A DNA stretch of 64,000 bases from an uncultured delta proteobacterium (GTDB lineage Bacteria > Myxococcota > Myxococcia > Myxococcales > Anaeromyxobacteraceae): assembly GCA_963766715.1 (NCBI GenBank), contig CAVYBH010000012.1:224001-288000 (forward strand). Direction: 5' to 3'. The notes below the pieces were generated by a model that ran no database searches, was not told the DNA's origin, and was given only the letters and a program-made list of their open reading frames with translations. A program made the position numbers and the translations under genes. Each line of letters starts with the position of its first letter. Position 1 is the first letter of the stretch. This document shows positions 33,112 through 42,116 of this stretch, piece after piece.

Positions 33112-33896
33112 GTGGACCGGCCCGTCGTCACCTTCCTCACCGACTTCGGAGCCGGCTCGGGCTATCCGGCGCAGATGAAGGGCGAGGTGCTGCGGCGCCT
33201 CCCCGACGCCACCCTGGTGGACGTCTCCCACGAGGTGGCCCCGTTCGACGTCCTGGCGGGCGCCCTCCTCCTGGAGGCGTGCGTCCCGCGCTTTCCCTCC
33301 GGGGCGGTTCACCTGGCCGTGGTCGATCCCGGCGTGGGAACGGCGCGCCGCCCGATCTGCGTGGTCGACGCGGACGGGCGCCGGCTCGTCGGGCCCGGAC
33401 AACGGGCTCTTCACGCCGTTTCTCGGAGCGGGCGCCCGCGTCTTCCTGCTCGCCGATCCCGGCATCGTGCCCGCGCGATCCCAGCCCGACCTTCCACGGC
33501 CGGGACCTGTTCGCGCCGGTGGCGGCCTGGCTGGCCGGCGGAGGCGATCCCGAGCGCCTCGGACCGCGCCTGGAGGATCCGGTCCGGCTGCCCTGGCCGG
33601 ACGCGCGGAGGACGGCCGACGGGCTCGAGGGGGAGTGCCTCGCCGCCGACACCTTCGGGAACCTGATCACCAGCATCCGGCGGGTGGACCTGGCGGGCGG
33701 GGATCCCCTGGAGATCGCGATTGGCGCTCGACCCGCACGGCTGGTCGCGACGTACGGAGAGGCGAGCCCGGGGGAGCTCGTCGCGCTGTGGGGGAGCGCC
33801 GGGCGCCTGGAATTCGCCGTCCGCGAGGGAAGCGCGGCGCGGGCGACGGGGCTCGGGCCGGGCGCGCCGGTCCGGCTGCGACTCCGGCGGCGCTAG
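33112..33896 (+). CDS. DUF62 SAM hydroxide adenosyltransferase / SAM-dependent halogenase family (frameshifts near 33400-33475)
   Basis: TFLTDFG, DVSHEV, HLAVVDPGVGT.RR, GPDNG, TFHGRDLFAP, DTFGNLIT. Confidence 0.88.
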
Positions 33897-34499
33897 CTAC
33901 TCGATCAGCCCCTGGTCCTTCGCCATCTTGGCGAGGCGTCCCTTGAGCCGCTCGAACCGCTTCATGAGGGCGGCCGGCTCGACCCGTTGCCCCTCCGCGG
34001 CCGACACCTCGGCGATCTCGGCCCAGGAGAGCTTCTGGTCGATGCGGAGCGCGAGCAGGGAGACCTCCTCGACGTCGAGGGACTCGCGGAGCTTGTCGAG
34101 CACCTGGCGCTGCCGCTCCACCTTCAGGTGGGAGCGCGTCCGGATCTCCTCGGCCAGCGCCGACGCCTCGCCGCTGAAGAAGCGCCGTCCCCGCCGGCGC
34201 CAGGCCTCGTTGCGCAGGTTGATGGCGGCGTTCCAGGCGAGCCGGAAGCACCAGGCGCGCAGCGAGCCCTCTCCGCGCCAGGAGGGCAGCCCGCGCCAGA
34301 CGTTCTCGGCGAAGACCGAGAACGCGTCGCTGGCGTCGTCCTCGTCGCGAAGGAGGGAACGGAGGTACCGCAGGACCGAGGGCCCGTACTCCTGGATGGC
34401 GGCCGTCGCCGCCGCCGGGCGATCCTCGGCCGCCAGGAGCTCCCGGATGCGCTCCTCGACGCCTTTCTCGACGCCTCCGCTGCCGCCCGGGTCGCTCAC
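33897..34499 (-). CDS. ECF sigma factor associated with a Ser/Thr kinase
   Basis: YGPSVLRYL...DASDAFS...WRGEGSLRAWCFRLAWN (sigma2); LSWAEIA...KRFERLK (sigma4); GTG overlaps the kinase stop. Confidence 0.82.
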   Translation of the reverse strand: MSDPGGSGGVEKGVEERIRELLAAEDRPAAATAAIQEYGPSVLRYLRSLLRDEDDASDAFSVFAENVWRGLPSWRGEGSLRAWCFRLAWNAAINLRNEAWRRRGRRFFSGEASALAEEIRTRSHLKVERQRQVLDKLRESLDVEEVSLLALRIDQKLSWAEIAEVSAAEGQRVEPAALMKRFERLKGRLAKMAKDQGLIE

Positions 34500-36958
34500 G
34501 GCGGGAGGTTCAGCCGGGTGAGGAGGGTGCCGAAGCGCGGGTCGCCGCGGATCTTCTGCATCAGGGGATCTCCCTTGACCTCGAGGGTCAGCCCCAGGTC
34601 GCGCTGCTCGAGGGCGCGGTCGAGCCACAGGAAGGCCTCGTTCGTCTCGCCCCGGAAGGCGTGGACCTGGGCGATCTGGAAGGCCCAGCCGTGCGCCTCC
34701 GTCCGCTCCAGTTCCTGGAGCGCCGCCTGGGAGTCGGCGTCGCGCCCGAGCCCGTGGTAGGCGAGCGAGAGGCTCATGAGGTGCCACGCGCCTGGCGGCA
34801 CGCGCTCGGCGGCCTCCAGCGCGGCCTGGGGCTTGCCCTCGAGGAGCGCCTTCACCACCAGGTGGCGCATCGCGTAGGAGGCGTCGGGTGCGATCTCCAG
34901 GGCCCGCGCGATGGCCGAGCTGGCCAGGTCGTACTGGCCGGTCTTCATGTACAGGAGCGCCAGGTCGGACCAGGCGTAGCTGTAGAGCGGATCCGCCTCG
35001 GTGGCCTTCTTCATGGCGGCCACGGCCTCGGTGTTCTTCCCGAGGACGCTCAGGTACCAGGTGGCGTACCGGCGCAGCGCCTCGGCCTGGCGCGGGTTGA
35101 TGGCGAGGGCGCGCTCGAAGTCGGCCTTGGCGCCGGGCCAGTCCCACTGCATCGGCGCGCGAAGCGTGCCCCGGGCCCAGTAGCCGTCCGGGATGTCGGG
35201 GCCGAGGGCGACCGCGCGATCGGCGGCGTCCACCGCCCGGCGCTTGTAGGCCGCGACCTGCTCGGCGTTGTCCGCGAGGTCCGCCAGCCCGAGCAGCGAG
35301 ACCGCGAGCCCGGCCCAGGACGGTGCGTAGCCCGGGTCGGCGTCGACGGACTGCTCGAAGGCCGCCACGGCGCGCTGGAAGGGCTCCTTGGCGCCGCGCT
35401 GGTGGTAGAAGTGGCGCCCGAGCAGGTACTGCTCGTAGGCCTCCGGCACCGCGGTCCTGCGCTCCACGGCCGCCACCGGCCGTCCCGGGACGAGCTTCAC
35501 CTGGAGTGCATGGGCCACCGCGCTCGCAATCTCGTCCTGGACCGCGAAGACGTCCCGCACCTCGCGGTCGAAGGTCTGCGACCAGAGCTGGTAGCCGTCC
35601 TTCACCCCGACCAGCTGGGCGGTGACGCGCAGCCGCGTGCCGGACTGGCGCACGCTGCCGTCGAGGACGGCGTCGACCTTGAGCTGCCGGCCAATCTCGG
35701 CCAGGTCGTTCTTGCCCTTGAACGCGAAGGACGAGGTCCGGCCGGCCACCCGCAAGCCTTCGATCTGGACGAGCGAGTTCAGGATCTCCTCGGCCAGGCC
35801 GTCGGCGAAGTGGGTCTGGTCCTTGGCCGCGCTCAGATCGGTGAACGGGAGCACGGCCACCGCCGGGATCGTCCCGGCGATCTGGATGGACGGGGGACCT
35901 TCGGTCCGGCTCCGGAGGAGCAGCGACGCTGGCTCCCGCGAGGGCGACCGCGGCGACGAGGGCGGCCAGCCAGCCAGGCGCGCCGCCCGGGCCTGCGCCG
36001 GACCGGGGCGGCGAGGCCGCCGGAGGGGGGGGCGCCCTCCACGCCCCGCAAGCAGGGGCGTGAGCGCCGAGACGACCTCGCCCGCGTCGCGGAACCGGTC
36101 GACCGGATCCTTGGCCAGCATCCGGGAGACCACGTGCGGCAGCTCGGGAGACTCCGGGACGTGGAGGATCGGGGCGGGGCGCGTCCCGGAGGCCGAGCGC
36201 CCCTCGTCGTCGGGGAAGGGCGGCTCCCCGGACAGCATGCGGTAGAGCATCACGCCAAGTGAATAGACGTCGGTGCGCTCGTCCTCGGGGGCGCCGCGCC
36301 ACTGCTCCGGGGCCATGAAGGCCGGCGTGCCGCCCTCCAGCTTGCGGCGGCCGAAGGCCTGGGCCATCCCCAGGTCGAGGAGCTTCACGTGTCCGTCCTC
36401 GCAGAGGAAGACGTTCCCGCTGGAGAGGTCGCGGTGGACGATGCCGCGCGCGTGCGCGTGCGACAGCGCCCGGGCGACCTCGACCGTCACCCGGAGCGCC
36501 TCCTGGATGGGAACCGGGCCGGACGCGAGCCGCTGCGAGAGCGTCTCGCCCCGCAGCAGCTCGAGCACCAGGTAGGGTCCGTACGCACAGCGCCCCATGT
36601 CGAACAGGGTGACGATGTTGGGATGCGACAGGCGTGCGGCCGTCTCCGCCTCGCGGAGGAGCCGCTCCTCGCGCACCGTCGGCTGCAGCGAGGCCTGGAG
36701 CAGCTTGAACGCGACCGACCGGCCGAGGTCGTGGTCGAGGGCCTCGTAGACGACGCCGAAGCCCCCGCGCCCCAGCTCGCGGACAATCTCGAATCGGCCG
36801 ATCACCGTTCCGGGGGAGGGCAAGGGGACCCAGGCGCCGGCGTCGCCTGCGGGCGGGCCGTCCGGGCTCACCAGCTCCTCGAGCAGGGTCGAGATGTCTG
36901 GCGCCCGAGGTCCGCTCGGTCCGCGTGGGCCCGTCTTCCCGTTGCCCGTCGCGGCCAT
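34496..36958 (-). CDS. Hanks-type Ser/Thr protein kinase with TM, TolB-like and TPR domains
   Basis: LGRGGFGVVY, VAFK, HRDL, DLG, GTPAFMAPE, DVYSLG; VAVLPF.DLS...FADGLAEEI TolB-like domain; TPRs; TM WLAALVAAVALAG lies in an alternate frame near 35940-35980. Confidence 0.9.
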   Translation of the reverse strand: MAATGNGKTGPRGPSGPRAPDISTLLEELVSPDGPPAGDAGAWVPLPSPGTVIGRFEIVRELGRGGFGVVYEALDHDLGRSVAFKLLQASLQPTVREERLLREAETAARLSHPNIVTLFDMGRCAYGPYLVLELLRGETLSQRLASGPVPIQEALRVTVEVARALSHAHARGIVHRDLSSGNVFLCEDGHVKLLDLGMAQAFGRRKLEGGTPAFMAPEQWRGAPEDERTDVYSLGVMLYRMLSGEPPFPDDEGRSASGTRPAPILHVPESPELPHVVSRMLAKDPVDRFRDAGEVVSALTPLLAGRGGRPPLRRPRRPGPAQARAARLAGWPPSSPRSPSREPASLLLRSRTEGPPSIQIAGTIPAVAVLPFTDLSAAKDQTHFADGLAEEILNSLVQIEGLRVAGRTSSFAFKGKNDLAEIGRQLKVDAVLDGSVRQSGTRLRVTAQLVGVKDGYQLWSQTFDREVRDVFAVQDEIASAVAHALQVKLVPGRPVAAVERRTAVPEAYEQYLLGRHFYHQRGAKEPFQRAVAAFEQSVDADPGYAPSWAGLAVSLLGLADLADNAEQVAAYKRRAVDAADRAVALGPDIPDGYWARGTLRAPMQWDWPGAKADFERALAINPRQAEALRRYATWYLSVLGKNTEAVAAMKKATEADPLYSYAWSDLALLYMKTGQYDLASSAIARALEIAPDASYAMRHLVVKALLEGKPQAALEAAERVPPGAWHLMSLSLAYHGLGRDADSQAALQELERTEAHGWAFQIAQVHAFRGETNEAFLWLDRALEQRDLGLTLEVKGDPLMQKIRGDPRFGTLLTRLNLPP

Positions 36959-37082
36959 CCGGCGTTCGCTCCCCCTCGAAAGGAGTGAGAGATTATCAGG
37001 GGTTGCCCCTCGGGGCCAACCCGGCCGGGCCCGTCGGTCACGCGCTGGAGTCACCTCGGGTGGGTCGCGCAAATTCGTGTGT

Positions 37083-37111
37083 ATTTTCGGTTACATGGAG
37101 TAAGGGAAAAT
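37083..37111. promoter_or_regulatory. AT-rich dyad, candidate operator
   Basis: ATTTTC-GG-TTAC-ATGGA-GTAA-GG-GAAAAT inverted repeat in a divergent intergenic region. Confidence 0.5.
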
Positions 37112-37196
37112 TTGATCTGGAGCAATGGTCTCGCCGTCCGTCCGATCCGCGCGCCAGCGATGTCTGTCCGGAAGGAAGGACGGCGAGGAGGCGGGG

Positions 37197-37792
37197 ATGG
37201 CCCGCCCTGGCTACCGGTGTGAACTCCGGGTGACTGGCGTGGGGCTTCGGATGATCGACTGGCCGGCGACGATCGGGAGTACCTCCAGACCTGTCGCCGG
37301 GTGCTGGCGGCCGGCGTGCTCGCCCGCGACCGGGCCGAGGTCCTCGCCATCGAGGCGTCGCGCTGGCCCCAGGGCGCCGTCCACCTCCGCGATCGCATCG
37401 CCGCTCCGGGTGCGCAGGAATCGCCGGAGGCGGAGCTCGAGATGCTCGACTTCGGGCACGACCTGCAGATCGGGCTGGCCGAGACGCTCGAGCGGCTGAT
37501 CGGGTCGGACGCCCGGCTCGCCGAGGCCCTCCTCCAGCTCCAGCTCGACTGCGCCCGCGTCCGCTTCGTGTTCGAGGAGACGGCCATGCGGCTTCGCGAG
37601 GACCCCCGGCGCTTCGCCCACGCCGAGAGTCACGGGCGACTGCTGCGAAGGCTGACCGAGGCCAAGGTCTGCATGAGGAGCCGCCGGTTCGACGAGGCGC
37701 GGTCCGTGATGGGCGCCTTCCGGGCCGAGGCGCAGGAGCACGAGATCGCGATGGACGGCGACGTGGGACGCCGCATCGGAGAGGCATCGTAG
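37197..37792 (+). CDS. Hypothetical helical protein (start uncertain; probable frameshift near 37225)
   Basis: Frame open 37223-37792 with host-like codons; GAGGAGG RBS before ATG 37197 in another frame. Confidence 0.55.
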
Positions 37793-37890
37793 CGGGGGAG
37801 TGGCCCGGGAAGGTCGCGGGCTCGCCGCCGACGCGGCGGGCCTGCGGCCGGCCTGTCCACCGACTCCAGCCCCTGCTACAGTTTCTCCAG

Positions 37891-38247
37891 ATGCCGCGCG
37901 GACCCGACAACAAGCGACGGTCGAACCGCCTCCAGCACGAGCTGCCGGTCGCCTACCGGAGCGTGGGGAGCTTCCTGACCGACTGGGCGACCAACATCAG
38001 CCACGGCGGGATGTTCATCAACACCCGCAAGCCGCTCCCGGTGGGCACCGAGGTCCGCATCCTCATCCAGCTCCCCATGCTCGAGTTCCCCGTCGGCCTG
38101 AACGGACGGGTCACCCGCGTCGCCGAGTTCGACAACCAGGCGAACGTGGTCCCGGGCATGGGCATCCAGTTCACCGACGTCGACCCGTCGAAGCGCCTCC
38201 AGCTCGAGAGCCTGGTGGAGCGGCTCCAGCGGGACCTCGGGGCCTGA
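37891..38247 (+). CDS. Stand-alone PilZ-domain protein (myxobacterial TIGR02266-like)
   Basis: RRSNR (RxxxR), NISHGG (D/NxSxxG), GMGIQF. Confidence 0.88.
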   Translation: MPRGPDNKRRSNRLQHELPVAYRSVGSFLTDWATNISHGGMFINTRKPLPVGTEVRILIQLPMLEFPVGLNGRVTRVAEFDNQANVVPGMGIQFTDVDPSKRLQLESLVERLQRDLGA

Positions 38248-38262
38248 CCCGGGCGGCAGAAC

Positions 38263-39576
38263 GTGTCCGAGAAGCTCGAGATCGAGGGCCTCGCACCGGG
38301 AGGCGAGGGGATGGCGCGCGTCGCCGGGCGCCCGGTGTTCGTCCCGTTCACCGCCCCGGGCGACGTCGTCCTCGCCGACGTGCCGGTCGGGGACGGCGCG
38401 CCGCACGCCACGCTGGCCGAGGTCCTGCAACCGGGCCCGGACCGGGTCGACGCGCCCTGTCCCCACTTCGGCCCGGGTCCGGAAGGGGACCGCCCCTGCG
38501 GCGGCTGCGAGTGGCTTCACCTCCGGTACGACCTCCAGCTTCGCGCCAAGGAGCGGGGGCTGGTCGAGGCCCTGCGCCGGATCGGGAAGCTCGCACCGGG
38601 AAGCTACCCGCTGCGCCCCATCGCCCCGTCCCCGAGCCCGCTGCGCTACCGGTCCCGCGCCAAGTTCCACCTGGATGCGGCGAGCGGGAGGCTGGTCTTC
38701 TACCGGCGCCGGTCGCACGAGCCGATCCGGCTGCGGGAGTGCCACCTGCTCGAGCCCGGCCTCGACGGCCTGCGCGAGGCGATGGGGCCGGAGCTGGTCC
38801 GGTCCCGGCTGCGCCCGAGCGAGGTGGCGCTGGAGTGGTCGGCGCACGCGGGACGCGGCGCGGCCCTGCTGCGGAACGTGGAGACGGGGGAGGGGGCCCG
38901 CAGGCGCGCGGCCGACCTCGTGGCCGCCCTTCCTTCCCTCGCCGGCGTGGTCCTCGAGGGAGAGGAGGACGGTCGCCGCGGGCGGGCGATGGCGCTGGTG
39001 GGAGATCCGGTGCTCCTCCAGGAGCGGGTTCCGGGAGAGCCGGAGGCGGGCCTGGCCCGGAGCCGTCCCGACGTGTTCCAGCAGGCCAACCGTCCCGCCA
39101 ATGCCCGCCTGGTGAGGGAAGCGCTGGACCTGCTCGTCCCCGACGGCGAGGACGTGCTCGAGCTCTTCTGCGGCGCGGGGAACTTCACCGGTCCGCTGGC
39201 CGCGCGGGCCGCCTCCGTCGCCGCCGTGGAGATGCAGGGGCCTGCGCTCGACCTGGCTCGCGCCGACCTGGGCGGGAGGAACGTCCGCTTCTACGGCGGA
39301 GACTCGCTCGCCATCGCGTCCGCGCTGGCCCGGGAGGGGAAGCGCTTCGGGGCCCTGCTCCTCGATCCTCCCCGCGACGGGATGAAGGGGCTCGGATCCC
39401 TGCTGCGCGACCTCGCCGTGCCGCGGGCGGTGTACGTGTCGTGCGACCCGGCCACCCTGGCGCGCGACCTGCGGGGTGCGCTGGAGACCGGCTACCGCAT
39501 CGGCGCGGTCCTGCCGGTGGACATGTTCCCGCAGACCCATCACGTCGAGGCGCTCGTCCTGCTCGAGCGAGCGTGA
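38263..39576 (+). CDS. rlmD: 23S rRNA m5U methyltransferase, RlmD/TrmA family
   Basis: TRAM-like N-terminus, CPHF...CGGC, FQQAN, LELFCGAGNF, LDPPR.G, YVSCDPATLARD, DMFPQTHHVE. Confidence 0.85.
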   Translation: MSEKLEIEGLAPGGEGMARVAGRPVFVPFTAPGDVVLADVPVGDGAPHATLAEVLQPGPDRVDAPCPHFGPGPEGDRPCGGCEWLHLRYDLQLRAKERGLVEALRRIGKLAPGSYPLRPIAPSPSPLRYRSRAKFHLDAASGRLVFYRRRSHEPIRLRECHLLEPGLDGLREAMGPELVRSRLRPSEVALEWSAHAGRGAALLRNVETGEGARRRAADLVAALPSLAGVVLEGEEDGRRGRAMALVGDPVLLQERVPGEPEAGLARSRPDVFQQANRPANARLVREALDLLVPDGEDVLELFCGAGNFTGPLAARAASVAAVEMQGPALDLARADLGGRNVRFYGGDSLAIASALAREGKRFGALLLDPPRDGMKGLGSLLRDLAVPRAVYVSCDPATLARDLRGALETGYRIGAVLPVDMFPQTHHVEALVLLERA

Positions 39577-39577
39577 C

Positions 39578-40691
39578 ATGCGATCCTCGTGCGACGAGCG
39601 ACGCGGCAGGAGGGTCGCAGCCTGGGCGGCGATGCTGCTCGCCGCCGCGCCACTCCCGGGTTCGCGGGAGATCCCGCTCCGCGAGATCGCGCGCAACGTC
39701 GGGGCCACCGCCTCCGTCCGGCTCGAGCCGGCGGGCCTGGCCATCGACGTCGAGGACCGCCCGATCGGGATGTTCCTGCCGATTCCCGGCGCGGAGGAGC
39801 TTCAGCTCGACTACCGGTCGACCGGTCACTTGATGCTGACCTGGGTCTCGGCCTGGGGAGCTCCATGCCGCTGCCCCATTCCAGCCCCTGGCACCGGGAG
39901 GTCCTGGCTCCGGGATCCGGCCGGATCACCCTCGACCTGCGGACGACGCCGAGCTGGAGGCCCGAGCGGACGCCGGTCCTGGTCCTCGAGGGGACGGGGA
40001 CCGTGGTCCTCACGGGGCTGCGCGTCCGGACGGCCTCGCAGGAGCCCGCCGCGCGCATGCAATCGTTCGACGAGGCGATCCGCTGGTCGCCCATTCGCGT
40101 CGGCCACTCGACCATCAACGCCCTCGACCCGCCGGTCTGGAGCGCCTCCCGGCAGAATCCTCTGGATGGACGTCCTGGGCGTCGCCTTCGCCGCCCTGGC
40201 CGTCGCGGGTGCGGTCGCGTGGTGGGCGAGGACCCGCCGCTTCCGTCCCGGGCCGCCGCTCGCGCTCGCGGCCGTCGCGGTGGCGCTCGCCGGGGACGTC
40301 GTCTTCGCGATCCGGGCGGCGCCGGCGCTCTCCCTGGCGCCGGTGCTGGACCCCGAGGCGAGGCTGCGGGAGTGGACGAGCTTCGGCCCGGAGCTGGGCC
40401 CGCTGGCGGCGCTCGCCCGGGGCGCGATCGGGGAACGGGAGCGGGTTGGCGTCCTGGCGGGCGAGAGCGACTGGTTCGGCTGGGAGACCCTGTGCTTCCA
40501 CCTCGCCCCCCGGCCTTGCGTCCGCGTGGTCCCCGGGGCCACGACCTTCTCGGGGCTCCAGGGCGTGGATCGAGCTCCGAGGGGACGAGATCGACGCGCT
40601 CGTGTACTTCCACGCGGGAACGCCCCTCCCGAACGGCTTCCGCCCCGTGGCCACCCTCGACAAGAACGCGTTCGTGGCCAGGCGCCGGTGA
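39578..40691 (+). CDS. Hypothetical membrane protein (frameshifts near 39860, 40150, 40570)
   Basis: Coding-like segments chained across three frames: signal-like N-terminus, beta-rich region, two TM helices, C-terminal soluble domain. Confidence 0.55.
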
Positions 40692-42116
40692 TCTTCCTCC
40701 TCGCCATCCTCCTCACCTGCGTGTCGGGTCTCGCGACTCCTGCACGCGCTCCGCCTGGCGACCGGCCGCCCGGCCGTGGACGTCCCGCTGGGATGGCTCG
40801 CCGGAGGCGCCTGGTTCGCGGCGGCCGCGTTCACGGTCCGATCGCTCCTGGGACTCCGCGTGAACGCCCCGATCGCGGCCGCGGTGCTGGCGCTCCCGGT
40901 CGTCGCCTGGGGCATCCTGCGACGGGCGCGCCCGGGCGGCGCCGTCCCGCCGGCGCCTGCGGGCGGCGGGGCCCGGTGGATTCCCCGGCCCTGGTGGGTC
41001 TTCGCCCCGATGGCGGCCTGGGTCGTCCTGGTGGCGGCGGCCGTCGCGCTCCACGGCATGAGCACCCCGACCCACACCGACGACGGGTACAGGGTTCGCG
41101 CCTACGCGCCGATCCTGGCGGCGGAGGGGATCTGGAGCGGACCCGCGCGGGACGTGGTGGCCATGGCCGGTCCGATCCCGTCCTTCGTCCCGGCCATCGC
41201 CTGGATGCTGGGCGCGCCGCTCGATCCGTTCCACGTGAACGCGGCCATCGTCCTGACCTTCCTGTCGCTGCTCCTGCTCCTCGTCGCGCTGGCGTCGGAG
41301 CGGGGCTGGCCGGAGGCCGGCTGGGGGGCGGTCTTCGCGCTCACCTCGCTGCCGCTCCTCGCGTACCACGCCACGTCGACCTACTCCGACGGCTGGCTGG
41401 CCATGTACCTCGCCGCGGCCTTTGCCTTCCTCGTCGCCGGCGGGCGCGGGCGCGACCCGGCCGACGCCGGCCGGGCGCTCCTCCTGCTCCTGGGTGCCGC
41501 GATGGTGAAGCGGGAGGGCGAGCTGGTCGCGCTGCCCGCGATCGCCATCGTCCTCGCGCAGGTGGCGTGGAACGCGCGAGCCGAGGGGGGACGGGTCCTC
41601 CTGCGCCAGCTTCCGCTGCTCGCCGCCTACCTCGTCGTGGTCGGGGCGCGGATCGCGGCGGTGGGTCTCCCGGGCGCCTTTCCCTTCCTCCGGGCCGCGG
41701 CGCTGCGGTCGTCCGAGGTCGCGCCGGCCGTTTCCGGCGCGCCGGCTGCGGCGCCGGCCGCGACTGGCGCGTCGGCCGTGTTCGTCGCCGCGCTCTTCCG
41801 CGAGGGCAACCTCGGCCTGCTCTACTGGGTGCTCTTCCCGTCCGTGGTCCTGCTCTTCCCCCGGATCCGGAAGGATGGGCTCGCCTGGTCCGGTGCGGCC
41901 CTCGCCCTGATCTTCGCGGAGACCGCGGCCAGCGCCGTCTGGCTATACCCGCAGTACACCCTCGACGGGTCCACCGTTCATCGCTCCCTGTTGCCGGTCT
42001 CCGCGGCGGCCGCGGTGTGGCTCGCGGCCCTCCTCGCCGCCGCGTGCCGGCCCGCCTCGACCGACGCAGTCGAGCCGGCGCCGAAGGCGCGCAGGCGCTC
42101 CAGCAAGGTGGGGTGA
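40688..42116 (+). CDS. Polytopic membrane protein, possible GT-C fold glycosyltransferase (frameshift near 40740)
   Basis: About 12 hydrophobic helices; acidic loop HTDDG, YSD, KREG motifs; GTGA coupling to the upstream gene. Confidence 0.6.
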
